A DNA stretch of 48,005 nucleotides. It comes from Polyangiales bacterium (GTDB lineage Bacteria > Myxococcota_A > Polyangia > Polyangiales > Houyiibacteriaceae). Position 1 is the stretch's first letter; each line of letters begins with the position of its first letter. Under the pieces are notes generated by a model that was not told the origin of the DNA, made no database searches, and was given only the letters and a program-made list of their open reading frames with translations. The DNA is taken from the NCBI GenBank assembly GCA_045106895.1, contig JBGCFM010000045.1, positions 1 to 48,005 on the forward strand, written 5' to 3'. Made by a program: the position numbers and the translations under genes. Below, in pieces: positions 20,814 to 30,251 of this stretch.

Positions 20814-22144
20814 TGGTAGGCCCCGGTGTCGGGCGCTTCGTCGAGTGCCGGCGGGAACCCGTTGAGGTTTCGCCACATCTCGAAACCGACGGAGACTTCT
20901 TCGAGGAGGACCCAGCCTTTGGCGCGAGTGCCCTGTCGAAGGAAGCGGGCCTCAGGCCACGGTTCGTCGTCAGGGTCCGGCGTGACTACGATGCGGAAAT
21001 CGCCGTCGCCATTGTCGGAAGGATCGACGAAGAGAACGCGCCCGTGGAACGTGCCGACGGCAACGCTGGGCCAGCCAGCAAACTGAACTCCGGGCCAGCC
21101 TTCGAAGAGGACACGGACGTGGCGGCCGGGGGAGATAAGCGCCGCGTCGTTTCCATCGACCTTGATCTCCACCGCTCGTGACTCAGCGTCAGGAACGAGA
21201 TCCGCAAGCGTTTCGCCGCGGGAGACCTGCATGCCACCCTGCTGAACCATGATTCGTTGAATGACGCCGTCGCGAGGCGCACGTACGTGCTGAGCTTCCT
21301 GCTGGGCCACCTGGCTCTGGGCGCTCGCGAGTCCGCCCTGCGCCGACGCGACTTGTGTCTCCGCTGTACGCAAGGACGCAATAGCCGAGCGAATGTCCGC
21401 CTCCGTCGTCGCGTGGGCGCGGTCGAGGGCAGCTCGCTTCGTCGTCAAGCTGTTCTCCGCGCCGCGGACACCGGCCCGTGCAGACAAGAGCTTCGCCCGC
21501 GCATTGGTGATGGCCAGGTCGGCGAGTTCTCGCTCACGCTGGGAAGCCAAACCCTGTTCCCGAAGGTCCGTGACGCGTCGCTGCTGCATCTCCGCTGTAG
21601 CGACTTCCGCTTCGGCGCCGACGAGGAGCTCGCGTTTCGACTGAAGGTTGTCTCGCGCCACACGGACTTCGGCTTCGGCGGCGTTGATCTGCGCGCGCTG
21701 CGACTGCTCAAGAGCCTCAAGTCGTTCCTGGTAAGCGATGACCTGGGAGCGATACGCCGTGAGGCGGTCTTCCGCCGCGCCACGATTGATCTCCATACGA
21801 CTGAGACGGTCCGGGTCGTTGTCGACGAGGTCCACGAGAATGTCCCCTTCGCTCACGCGATCGCCCTCGACCACGTGCCAGTGGCCAATGCGCCCAGAGA
21901 TCGTTGCTTGAATCTCTTGAGGTCGCTCGTTGGGTGAGAACGCGATGACGCGACCCGTACCCGTGATGTTCTGCTGCCACGGCGCTAGCGCGGAGAAGAG
22001 CGCGAACACAACGAGACCGAACGCAAGGCGACGAGAGACTCTCCGCGGTGATGCGAGGGAAGGAACCAAACGAGACGCGGGGAGAAGCACCTCGGCGTCA
22101 CGACGTTTCCACTCAGCTTGGCTTCCGAACCAGTGCAGCTTCAT
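20810..22144 (-). CDS. HlyD-family membrane fusion protein
   Basis: N-terminal TM, PWQQNITGTGRV, lipoyl half-motifs, long coiled coil, VRAPRDG, FEGWPGVQFAGWPSVAVGTFHG, EMWRNLNGFPP. Confidence 0.93.
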   Translation of the reverse strand: MKLHWFGSQAEWKRRDAEVLLPASRLVPSLASPRRVSRRLAFGLVVFALFSALAPWQQNITGTGRVIAFSPNERPQEIQATISGRIGHWHVVEGDRVSEGDILVDLVDNDPDRLSRMEINRGAAEDRLTAYRSQVIAYQERLEALEQSQRAQINAAEAEVRVARDNLQSKRELLVGAEAEVATAEMQQRRVTDLREQGLASQRERELADLAITNARAKLLSARAGVRGAENSLTTKRAALDRAHATTEADIRSAIASLRTAETQVASAQGGLASAQSQVAQQEAQHVRAPRDGVIQRIMVQQGGMQVSRGETLADLVPDAESRAVEIKVDGNDAALISPGRHVRVLFEGWPGVQFAGWPSVAVGTFHGRVLFVDPSDNGDGDFRIVVTPDPDDEPWPEARFLRQGTRAKGWVLLEEVSVGFEMWRNLNGFPPALDEAPDTGAYQ

Positions 22145-24153
22145 TAGGAAAGACCTTTCTCGTCGGACGCAAGGTCGACGCAGCTATGGCAGTCATCCGC
22201 AACGGAGCTTTCATTGGTGCGGATAAGGGTGGTGTGTCCAGTCGATACGGCGTCGAGGAACGACGCACGCTCTTTCTCTGGAAGAGCGTCGATGACGCCA
22301 TCCAGAATGAGAAGTGCGGGTTTCGCCGCAAGAACGCGAGCAAGGGTGAGTCGAAGTGACTCGATGCGATCGAGAGGATACGCGGACGGCGAGAGTACGG
22401 TACGCAGCCCAGCGGGGAGGGCCCGAACGGATTTCTCGAGTCCAACGGTGCGTAGCAGGGACCACATTTCGCTCGCGCTCAGCACGCGGCCGGACTGAAT
22501 ATTGTCAGCGATGGTCGCGGGCATGATCTCTGGGTCGCGCACGACGCCCACTTGCGCTCGAATGGACTGACGGTCCAGGTCTCGAAGGTCTTGGCCATCG
22601 ATGAGAACGCGTCCGGTGGCGGGCGTGCGAAGTCCAAAGAGCATCTCGATGATCGCTGCTCCGCGCCGCCGGTTGGCGCGAATAGCAATACGCGAGCCGG
22701 GGGTTGCCACGAGGGAGAGGTCGTCGATGTCCTCTGTGTTGACGGCTTCAAGTTCGAGTCGAGCGGAGGTTCCACACTGAAGCTTGTCCCGCGCTTCATC
22801 ATCGGCTGCTTCTTCGACGGGTAGGGCGAGAAGGGCGCCAAGCTTGTCGACGGCAGCGACGAGGTCGTAGACCGTCTCGAGTTTTGCACCAAGCTTGCTG
22901 AGACTCATCACGATGGCCGTGACGATAAGCTCCGCGGCCACGAGCTGACCGATGCTCAGTTCTCGTTCAACGACGAGCCAACCACCGACGCCTAGGAGGG
23001 ACGCGTGCGCAATGACCTGAAGAGCCAGGGCGGACAGTAGCTGTCGAAAAAACACGCGGAAGTGAGCGCTTCGTTTTCGGAGCCAAACGCTCGCAAGCTC
23101 GTCGACGCGCTGCTTTGCGAACTCGTCGCCTCCATACATTTTGAGCGCGAAGGGGTGGCGCGCCATCTCCTGCAGCCACCCGGCGACGGCGTACTTGGCT
23201 TTTGACTCATCGATGGTGGTCTTGGTCGCACCACGGCCCAGGAACACCAGGGTGAGAATGACTGCAAACGTCAGGATCACGCCGAACGCGAGAAGCAGAG
23301 GGTGGTAGAAGGCCAAGACGATGATGCCGACGATGGCCGTAAGGAGTGCACCGATGCCTCCAAGCAGGAGCCCGGACGCCGCCTTCTGCGCGGTGAAGAT
23401 ATCGAAGAAGCGGTTGAGCAGTTCGGGCCCTTCGCCGCGTTCGAAGGCCATGATGTGCGCGCGGGGCAAACGTTCGGCAAGCTCCGACACCAGGCGAACA
23501 AAGATACGGCGCTGAACGACCTCGACGACCCAGGTCTGCATCCCGTTGAGCACCGCAGCCAAAATGAGGCCAGCGGCGAGCATGAGGGTGAGCACGAAAA
23601 TCGGCTGGAGCAGCTGACCGAAGGCCACGGTGTTGACGAGAGTCTGCACCGCGAGGGGAAGAGCCAACGAAAGAAGACCTACGCCGACGGCATAGATCGT
23701 GATCGCGCCGATATTCCCCCTCTCGCCGCGCAAGAGCACCAGCGTATCTCGCCACGGAGAGGCGTTCCGGCCCAGTCCGCTTTTGACGTAGTCGCTGCGC
23801 TCGATCGCGTACCATTCGTACTCCTGATGAGGTCCATCAAGTCCGAGCAGCGATGCCAACTCGTCGGCGGTGAACCACGATACGACGCCGTCGACGTCTG
23901 TGCGCACTCGATTCGCACGCCGAGCGACGAGCAGAACAGCTTGCCCCTCTGCACCGATCGCAAGAAGCGGCCTCCTCTCGTCGAAGGAGGAGAGGGCAGC
24001 ACCGACGGGACTCGTGAACGTCCTGTGCGCCACGTCGCTGTCGGCTAGGAACTCGGCGAGAGACTCGAAGTCCTTCGCGGGGTCTTTCGGCGGGTCACCG
24101 GTGAGTAGACAAATGCGGTCAAGCAATGCGATGGACGCAGTCGTAGAGAGCAT
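22144..24153 (-). CDS. T1SS-type ABC transporter (C39-like remnant + ABC membrane domain + degenerate NBD)
   Basis: LSLALPLAVQTLVN, PELLNRFFD, LSIGQLVAAELIV in the TM domain; NBD fold recognisable (GRVLIDGQDL, TIADNI, LLILD) but catalytic motifs substituted. Confidence 0.88.
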   Translation of the reverse strand: MLSTTASIALLDRICLLTGDPPKDPAKDFESLAEFLADSDVAHRTFTSPVGAALSSFDERRPLLAIGAEGQAVLLVARRANRVRTDVDGVVSWFTADELASLLGLDGPHQEYEWYAIERSDYVKSGLGRNASPWRDTLVLLRGERGNIGAITIYAVGVGLLSLALPLAVQTLVNTVAFGQLLQPIFVLTLMLAAGLILAAVLNGMQTWVVEVVQRRIFVRLVSELAERLPRAHIMAFERGEGPELLNRFFDIFTAQKAASGLLLGGIGALLTAIVGIIVLAFYHPLLLAFGVILTFAVILTLVFLGRGATKTTIDESKAKYAVAGWLQEMARHPFALKMYGGDEFAKQRVDELASVWLRKRSAHFRVFFRQLLSALALQVIAHASLLGVGGWLVVERELSIGQLVAAELIVTAIVMSLSKLGAKLETVYDLVAAVDKLGALLALPVEEAADDEARDKLQCGTSARLELEAVNTEDIDDLSLVATPGSRIAIRANRRRGAAIIEMLFGLRTPATGRVLIDGQDLRDLDRQSIRAQVGVVRDPEIMPATIADNIQSGRVLSASEMWSLLRTVGLEKSVRALPAGLRTVLSPSAYPLDRIESLRLTLARVLAAKPALLILDGVIDALPEKERASFLDAVSTGHTTLIRTNESSVADDCHSCVDLASDEKGLS

Positions 24154-24162
24154 GATGCGGAG

Positions 24163-24213
24163 AGCATGACGCCACGGTAACGAATGTCAATACAGGAAAT
24201 GAAAATCGTGTAT
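24163..24213 (-). promoter_or_regulatory. Sigma70-like promoter of the ABC-HlyD-TolC operon with adjacent 22-bp operator
   Basis: Minus-strand TTGACA (24190-24185), 16 nt, CATGCT (24168-24163); operator-like TACAGGAAATGAAAATCGTGTA (24191-24212) abuts the -35. Confidence 0.6.
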
Positions 24214-24270
24214 CTTGGTGCGCGAAATGATGATGGGACTACAATTAGAGTGGTTTTTTTTGCTCAGGCC

Positions 24271-24307
24271 TTGACGGTTTGAGAGACAGGAAACACATTT
24301 CACGTAT
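24271..24307 (+). promoter_or_regulatory. Promoter of regulator 1 overlapped by a second copy of the 22-bp operator
   Basis: TTGACG (24271-24276), 17 nt, CACATT (24294-24299); GACAGGAAACACATTTCACGTA at 24285-24306. Confidence 0.6.
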
Positions 24308-24308
24308 T

Positions 24309-24659
24309 GTGGAACCACATTCTGACGGCAACACTTGGACGTTTCTCAGTAATCACGCGCTTGTGTTGATTACCGTCGCGGCCGATCACGACATCCGCGT
24401 ACGCGAGATCGCTCACGAAGTGGGCATCACCGAACGGGCCGTTCAACGCATCCTGCGCGAGCTTGCGAACGCAGGCGCGTTGGTGTGGGAGCGAGTGGGG
24501 CGACGCAACCACTATCGAGTGTGCCCGGACTCTCCTTTGCGCCATCCCATCGAATCGCATCGCTGCGTAGCGGATCTGCTTCGCTTGTCTCGACTCGCTC
24601 GGGCCCCGAGCGAAGCCGTGGAAGACAGCGAGACCGAAGCTGCGTGGAGCGCCGAATAG
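24309..24659 (+). CDS. Small winged-helix regulator, 'WTFLSNH' family (MarR/ArsR-like), paralog 1
   Basis: WTFLSNHALVL...REIAHEVGITERAVQRIL...GRRNHY...PLRHPIE; GTG 24309 preferred over TTG 24279. Confidence 0.88.
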   Translation: MEPHSDGNTWTFLSNHALVLITVAADHDIRVREIAHEVGITERAVQRILRELANAGALVWERVGRRNHYRVCPDSPLRHPIESHRCVADLLRLSRLARAPSEAVEDSETEAAWSAE

Positions 24660-24762
24660 TAGCGAGGCAACGTAGAGCGCGACGCGTGATGAAAGAGCTG
24701 TCTCTCGTTCGTGCGATTCATGACGCCGCGCGACAGCCGTCCATGAACACTTCGCTTTCGCG

Positions 24763-25053
24763 TTAGCGTTTACGCTTCAGCAGTCGAAGCAGGTCGCCCA
24801 CGGTTCGATGGTCCTCGAGCGGATGGCGAAGGGGAATGTCGCCGTGCAACATGTAGTGGTTTCTTCGGCCGCGCTTCTCGCGTTCAACAACCCCTGCGTC
24901 CTCGAGCTCGACGACAATCCGTTGGACCGCTCGTTCCGTAATCCCGACATCAAGGGCGATGTCTCTCAGCCGCGTATCGGCGTTGCGGGAGATACAGAGG
25001 AGCACGTGTGCGTGATTGCTGAGGAAAGTCCAGCTGGGTTCTTCTGCGCTCAT
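24763..25053 (-). CDS. Small winged-helix regulator, 'WTFLSNH' family, paralog 2
   Basis: WTFLSNHAHVLLCI...RDIALDVGITERAVQRIV...GRRNHY...PLRHPLE. Confidence 0.9.
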   Translation of the reverse strand: MSAEEPSWTFLSNHAHVLLCISRNADTRLRDIALDVGITERAVQRIVVELEDAGVVEREKRGRRNHYMLHGDIPLRHPLEDHRTVGDLLRLLKRKR

Positions 25054-25096
25054 ACGGCGAGCCTACCGGAAAAAACTCAGATATACCGACCCTTAT

Positions 25097-25118
25097 TACA
25101 GGCATTTTGTGTCATGAG
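25097..25118. promoter_or_regulatory. Third, weaker copy of the 22-bp operator, between regulator 2 and terC
   Basis: TACAGGCATTTTGTGTCATGAG aligns ungapped with the copies at 24191 and 24285. Confidence 0.5.
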
Positions 25119-25171
25119 AATAGAGCGCGCATGGCAACATCGCCCTAGCCGTACTACGTCTGGAAGCTCTT

Positions 25172-25966
25172 ATGTCTGAGTTACTGACCGTCGAAAATGC
25201 CGTAAACCTGGCTGTATTGATCTTCCTGCAGGCCGTTCTCGGCTTCGACAACCTGCTCTACCTCTCCATCGAGTCGAAACGCGCGCCGGTGCAGGACCAG
25301 TCTCGGGTGAGGCGCATCGGCATCGTGATGGCCGTCGCCCTCCGCGTTGGATTGCTCTTCCTGATCTTGGCTCTCCTCGATGCGTTTAGTGAGCCGTTCT
25401 TCGCCATCGACAGCCCCGGAATGCTCGAAGGCAGTTTCACCTTCGGAACCATCATCTTCTTCGTAGGTGGCGTCTTCATCATCTACACGGCGCTCAAGGA
25501 GATCCGACATATGATCGCCGTCGAGAAACTGGACGAGGTCGGCGAGCGTTCGCCGAAGAGCGTTGTCCAAGTAATCGCTCTCATCGTCGTGATGAACCTA
25601 ATCTTCTCCTTTGATTCTATTCTCAGCGCCGTCGCCATCACGCGCGTCGTGCCCGTACTGACCATCGCAATTCTCACCTCGGGCGCCGCGATGTACTTCT
25701 TAGCCGACCACGTTGCTGAGTTCTTGGAGCGAAACCGCAAGTACGAAGTCCTCGGGCTCTTCATTCTGCTTCTCGTTGGCTTCGTGCTTCTCGGTGAAGG
25801 CGGACACGAAGCGCACTTGAAGATCGCTGACTACCCCGTCGAACCGATGAGCAAGATGACGTTCTACTTCTCGATCATCGTTCTGGTGATCGTCGACGTT
25901 CTCCAGTCGGGCTACCAGAAGAAGCTGCAGGCACGACGCGACAAGGACATAACGCCGGCGTCTTGA
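25172..25966 (+). CDS. TerC-family integral membrane protein
   Basis: LQAVLGFDNLLYLSI, RRIGIVMAVALRV, NLIFSFDSILSAVA, about 7 TM helices. Confidence 0.92.
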   Translation: MSELLTVENAVNLAVLIFLQAVLGFDNLLYLSIESKRAPVQDQSRVRRIGIVMAVALRVGLLFLILALLDAFSEPFFAIDSPGMLEGSFTFGTIIFFVGGVFIIYTALKEIRHMIAVEKLDEVGERSPKSVVQVIALIVVMNLIFSFDSILSAVAITRVVPVLTIAILTSGAAMYFLADHVAEFLERNRKYEVLGLFILLLVGFVLLGEGGHEAHLKIADYPVEPMSKMTFYFSIIVLVIVDVLQSGYQKKLQARRDKDITPAS

Positions 25967-26038
25967 GCTTCTCTAGCTACGTGATTCAGTAGAAGCGGCA
26001 TCGCCCACTGGGTCTCGCGAGAAAGCGTGCGCAAGAGC

Positions 26039-27025
26039 TCAAGGCGCGTTCAGCGCGCGACCCAGCGTCGCGATCGCTTCGGCGCTCATACGAGCGGTGT
26101 AGCCGTGGACCTTCGCGTGCGACGGCGCCCAGCCAGCAAGGAAACGGTGGAAGTCGGCCCAAGCGAAGGGATAGAGACCACGCCACTCTTTCTCAAGCGC
26201 GTCGCCATCCACGCTCCTCGGAACCGCCGAACGAAGCGCGTGAAAGTAGACATCGAGGCAGCTCGCTGCGTGCGCTTCGCATTCCGTTTCGGAGAAAACG
26301 CTGCTCAGAAAGTACGCCACGTCTTTCATGCCACAACCACCACCCGCATATTGAAAGTCGACGGCGGCGACTTCATCGACGCCAAAGCAGAAGTTCGCGA
26401 CTTTGGCATCTCCATGCACAAAGGTGGCGAAGCGAGCGCTGGACAGGCGCGCATCGAGGTCCGCGGCAAAGCGGCGAAGAGGTCCTTCGGCCATAGCGCG
26501 CAGTTCATCGGGACGCGTGGCGAGGTGCCAATAGGTTCCGGTAGGCCACAACCCATCCGGAGCGACGCCCAAGAAGCGCGCGTGGAAGTTCGCGAGCCAA
26601 CGAAGGCAGGCGTCACGTTCAGCGGGTGAGGGGTGACTCGGTCGGCCCTCAAAGCCGGCGGCGTCAAGGTCTTCGAGGAGCATCCACCAACCACCCTCGT
26701 GCGCGTTGATGCCGAGAGCGCGAGGGACACGACAGGCGTCTCCGCACTCTCGCGCCCAGCGCGCGTAAAACGCACACTCCGCTTCGTAGGAGCGGAGTTT
26801 GCGTGCGTGACCGAGCGAACCGTTCCAGCCGCGCGGATGATCCACATCCGCGGGTGGGGCGACGCGCTTGAGGATCGCTGTGCCACCGCCGTCGAAATGA
26901 AGACGCTCCAAGCTTCCATAGCCACTCCACAGCGACTGAATGACATCGCCTCGAGTTTGCTTGGAACCAAGGGTCTCCTCGATCCAGCGGTGAAGGGCCT
27001 CGCTGTGCTCCGGTGCATTGTACAC
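26039..27025 (-). CDS. APH/choline-kinase-like phosphotransferase
   Basis: [14 protein letters not shown], catalytic [18 protein letters not shown]. Confidence 0.88.
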   Translation of the reverse strand: MYNAPEHSEALHRWIEETLGSKQTRGDVIQSLWSGYGSLERLHFDGGGTAILKRVAPPADVDHPRGWNGSLGHARKLRSYEAECAFYARWARECGDACRVPRALGINAHEGGWWMLLEDLDAAGFEGRPSHPSPAERDACLRWLANFHARFLGVAPDGLWPTGTYWHLATRPDELRAMAEGPLRRFAADLDARLSSARFATFVHGDAKVANFCFGVDEVAAVDFQYAGGGCGMKDVAYFLSSVFSETECEAHAASCLDVYFHALRSAVPRSVDGDALEKEWRGLYPFAWADFHRFLAGWAPSHAKVHGYTARMSAEAIATLGRALNAP

Positions 27026-27109
27026 GCCGCAACTCTATCACCGCACACCGGCGCTGCGTCGACCCGCACCGCGTCGACCTGCACCTCGATCACGTGGTAG
27101 CGCAGAAGG

Positions 27110-27850
27110 ATGAACTCACTTCTTTATGGCGAGCTGACACCCTGGTACCGGCTCCTCGATTCCACGGAAGATCACTTGGAAGAAGCTGCCGTCTTCGAAG
27201 TCGCGTTGCGCAGGGCGATCAAAGGCGAGAGCCGCTCGCTCCTCGAGCTTGGCGCCGGCGCGGGGAATAATGGGTTCCACCTGAAAGGTCAGTTCGAGTG
27301 CACGCTCACCGATCCATCGTCACCGATGCTCGATCTGAGCCGTGATCTCAACCCTGAGTGCGAACATCTCGTGGGTGATATGCGCAGCCTTCGGCTTGAG
27401 CGCGAGTTCGATGCAGTCCTGGTGCACGACGCGATCGTGTACATGCACACGGTCGAGGAAGTTCGCGAAGCGTTGGAGACGGCCTTCGTCCACCTGCGGC
27501 CGGGGGGAGCCGCCATCATCGCGCCGGATTGTACCCGTGAGTCTTTTCAGGATGCCACCACTCTCCATCAAGCCGCGAGCGGCGACGGCTCGCGTTCTCT
27601 TCGCTGCCTCGACTGGACGCGTGACCCCAACCCTGCCGATGACACCTACACGGTGGACTACGCGTTCCTCCTGGAAGACGGCAATGGGGTTCGCGCTGTC
27701 CACGACCGCCACATCGAAGGACTCTTTGCGGAGTCAGTGTGGATAGAACTCCTGAAAGCCACGGGTTTTGAAGTGCAACGCAGACCTCGCGTAGTAGAAG
27801 AAGACGACCCTTACGCGGACTTCTTCTTCGTTGCGCGCAGACCGACCTGA
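27110..27850 (+). CDS. Class I SAM-dependent methyltransferase
   Basis: LLELGAGAG motif I, GDMRSLRL, FDAV, HLRPGG. Confidence 0.92.
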   Translation: MNSLLYGELTPWYRLLDSTEDHLEEAAVFEVALRRAIKGESRSLLELGAGAGNNGFHLKGQFECTLTDPSSPMLDLSRDLNPECEHLVGDMRSLRLEREFDAVLVHDAIVYMHTVEEVREALETAFVHLRPGGAAIIAPDCTRESFQDATTLHQAASGDGSRSLRCLDWTRDPNPADDTYTVDYAFLLEDGNGVRAVHDRHIEGLFAESVWIELLKATGFEVQRRPRVVEEDDPYADFFFVARRPT

Positions 27851-27876
27851 CGAACCGAGCTGCTGCCACACGCGCG

Positions 27877-29358
27877 CTAGGCAGAGTCGTCGGCGGAGGC
27901 CTCATTCGTGGCCTCCAGCCGCGGGAGGTCTTTGCGTGTGAGCTCCATCTCAAGAACGTTTTCTTCCGGAACAGGCGGGTGGAGGACGATGCCGGAGTCC
28001 CGACGGGTACGCTCGCCGTCGCGCTCCTCGCGCTGCAAGGCGAATGAAGTGGGGTCGAACACAATGCAGTTCTTGCCGGCACCTTTCGCTTGGTACAGCG
28101 CCGAGTCTGCGACGCGTCGCAAGTCGCTCAGTGTTCGTCCCGCCGCGGGGTACGCGCTGACGCCAAAGCTCGCCCCAGGCTGAACCTCGACGCCGCTCGC
28201 GACCTGGATTGGCAGCGCCACTTCTTTCAACATTCGCCGGACGATGGGCATCGCCGCGGCGGGCGACTGGAGGTCGTCGAGGAGGAAGATGAACTCGTCG
28301 CCACCGAGGCGCGCGACCATATCGTATTCGCGGACAGCGTTCCCAAGTCGAGCCGCCACACGGGTGAGGACTTCGTCGCCGGCGGCGTGCCCGTAGGTGT
28401 CGTTGATGGCCTTGAATCCATCGAGGTCCAGCATCCCGACGACGCAGGAGTTTCCGCTGCGTTTCGCGCGGGCGAGCGACTTGGAGACGGTGCGTTCGAA
28501 GTGAGCTCGGTTCGCCAGCGCCGTCAGCGCGTCGTAATTGGCATGCTCTCGAAGGCGCAGTTCGGCTCTCTTGCGTTCGACGGCGAGTCGTACGCCGCGA
28601 GGAAGTCCATGGCGCGCTTGCTCGCCCTTGGTGAAGAAGTCTTGGGCGCCCAATCGTACGGCGTGAAGCGCCACAGACTCGTCGGCCATTCCGCTCAAAG
28701 CGAGCAGCGGCACGCTTGGGCAAGCTCGCTGAAGGCGGACGATGCTGTCGAACCCGCGCGCATCCGGAAGTGAGAGATCCGTCAGAATGACATCGACGGT
28801 GCGGTCGTGGAGGTAGTCCACGGCGGCCGTTACAGAAGAGAGGTGGTTGATCTCGAAGTGGCCGCTGGCATGAAGAATGCTCTTCGCTAAGGCAGCGTCT
28901 GCCAGGTCGTCCTCGACGAGGAGAACCGAGCATGGTCGCTCGGAATCGGTGGCCTTGAGCTTCTTTTCGGAGAAGATGTCCATGGCGCTGCGGACGGTCT
29001 CAACAAGCTCGTCGTCGTCCCACGGCTTCGCGAGGACTCTCAGAATCGCGGCTTCATCGCTACCCATGTCTGGGTTTGGAGCGCCGGTGAGTATGAGAAA
29101 CACGGACTCCGGATGTTTGACGCGGAAGCGCTCAATAAAGTGGTGACCGCCGACGCCCGGCATGAGCAAGTCTGTGATGACCACAGGAAAGAACCGCTCC
29201 TCACCGAGTTCCAACGCCTCCGCCGCGCTGGTCGCGAACTCAACGGTGATTCCGTGGGGCTTGAGTGTTCGCCGGAGCGCACGCCCCATAAGAGGCTCAT
29301 CGTCGACGAAGAGAATGGTGTACGCCGAACATGGGGTATCCCTGACGGGTGAGCGCAT
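27877..29358 (-). CDS. Diguanylate cyclase, REC-REC-GGDEF
   Basis: Two receiver domains (FVDDE...TDLLMPG...KPW; LVEDD...TDLSLPD), DALTALANR, DLDGFKAIND, I-site REYD and intact RLGGDEF. Start uncertain (29358, 29454 or 29460). Confidence 0.92.
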   Translation of the reverse strand: MRSPVRDTPCSAYTILFVDDEPLMGRALRRTLKPHGITVEFATSAAEALELGEERFFPVVITDLLMPGVGGHHFIERFRVKHPESVFLILTGAPNPDMGSDEAAILRVLAKPWDDDELVETVRSAMDIFSEKKLKATDSERPCSVLLVEDDLADAALAKSILHASGHFEINHLSSVTAAVDYLHDRTVDVILTDLSLPDARGFDSIVRLQRACPSVPLLALSGMADESVALHAVRLGAQDFFTKGEQARHGLPRGVRLAVERKRAELRLREHANYDALTALANRAHFERTVSKSLARAKRSGNSCVVGMLDLDGFKAINDTYGHAAGDEVLTRVAARLGNAVREYDMVARLGGDEFIFLLDDLQSPAAAMPIVRRMLKEVALPIQVASGVEVQPGASFGVSAYPAAGRTLSDLRRVADSALYQAKGAGKNCIVFDPTSFALQREERDGERTRRDSGIVLHPPVPEENVLEMELTRKDLPRLEATNEASADDSA

Positions 29359-29482
29359 CGCTGTGTATCCGGGGACCACGTCTACCTCAACGGCGGGATG
29401 TTTCAGGGCTTTACCCACATCAATATTCCCAGAAGCCTGCAGGCCTATGGTCATATGCATGCGCGCCCGATAAGGTCGGAGT

Positions 29483-30250
29483 ATGAGCGACACGAAGAGC
29501 GCCAGCGCCACGCTCGAGGAATCGGAGCTCGCCTCCGTCAAAGAAGAACTTCGACGGGCGCGGGCGGATCTGGATCGTTTTGCGTACTTCGTCTCCCACG
29601 ATTTCCGCGCGCCGCTCCGGCACATCACGGCGTTCTCGGGACTGCTCGAGAGTGAGCTCAAGGACCACGAAAACGCGGACGTCGCGACTTGGCTGGGTTT
29701 CCTGGGAAGCGGAGCTCGGCTCATTCAAGAGCTCACCGACGCGGTCTTGCTGTATTCGCGTGCGCGCCGAGAGAATGCGGAGCCTGGCGAGACCCCCGTC
29801 GCACGGATGCTTCAAGGAGTTGCGGCTCCAAGAGCGAACCTTCAGGTGAGCGGGGAGATCTCGGAGGACGTGGTCGTCGCGATGGCGCCGCACCATGTCC
29901 ACCAGGTCTTCACTCACCTCTTCCAAAACGCGGTCAACTTTCGAAAAGACGAGGAGCCGGCGCAGGTCTCGACAAGCTGCCGACGTGTCGCCAAAGGCGA
30001 AGCCTGGGAGATCGCCGTTCGGGATGAAGGACGCGGCATCCGTGAAGCGGACCTTGAACAGGCCTTCGAGCCATTCCATCGTAGCGGGGAGAGCCCTCGC
30101 GAAAGTCCGGGGCTTGGGCTGCCTTTGGCCCGGCACCTTCTTTCTCTCTATGGTGGCACCCTCCGCATCGAATCTGAGCCGGGGGCGTTTACCGTCGTTC
30201 GTGTAACGCTGCCTTCTTCCCGTGCAGGCGCTGCCAGCGAGGCCGTATAG
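29483..30250 (+). CDS. Cytoplasmic histidine kinase lacking a sensor domain
   Basis: VSHDFRAPLRHI, LFQNAVNF, DEGRGI, FEPFHR, GLGL; only a short coiled coil precedes the H-box. Confidence 0.88.
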   Translation: MSDTKSASATLEESELASVKEELRRARADLDRFAYFVSHDFRAPLRHITAFSGLLESELKDHENADVATWLGFLGSGARLIQELTDAVLLYSRARRENAEPGETPVARMLQGVAAPRANLQVSGEISEDVVVAMAPHHVHQVFTHLFQNAVNFRKDEEPAQVSTSCRRVAKGEAWEIAVRDEGRGIREADLEQAFEPFHRSGESPRESPGLGLPLARHLLSLYGGTLRIESEPGAFTVVRVTLPSSRAGAASEAV

Positions 30251-30251
30251 T

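Noticed and set aside
25054..25171. Possible yybP-ykoY (Mn2+) riboswitch upstream of terC
   Set aside because: I could not find the conserved GGGGAGUAG-like core, and the space is shared with a divergent promoter; a covariance-model search would settle it.
25967..25996. GCTTCT...AGAAGC inverted repeat after terC as a terminator
   Set aside because: Only a 6-bp stem with an 18-nt loop and no U-tract.
29358..29724. N-terminal extension of the diguanylate cyclase given in the ORF track
   Set aside because: It overlaps the divergent histidine kinase and reads as Ser-rich shadow sequence; the receiver domain starts further downstream.
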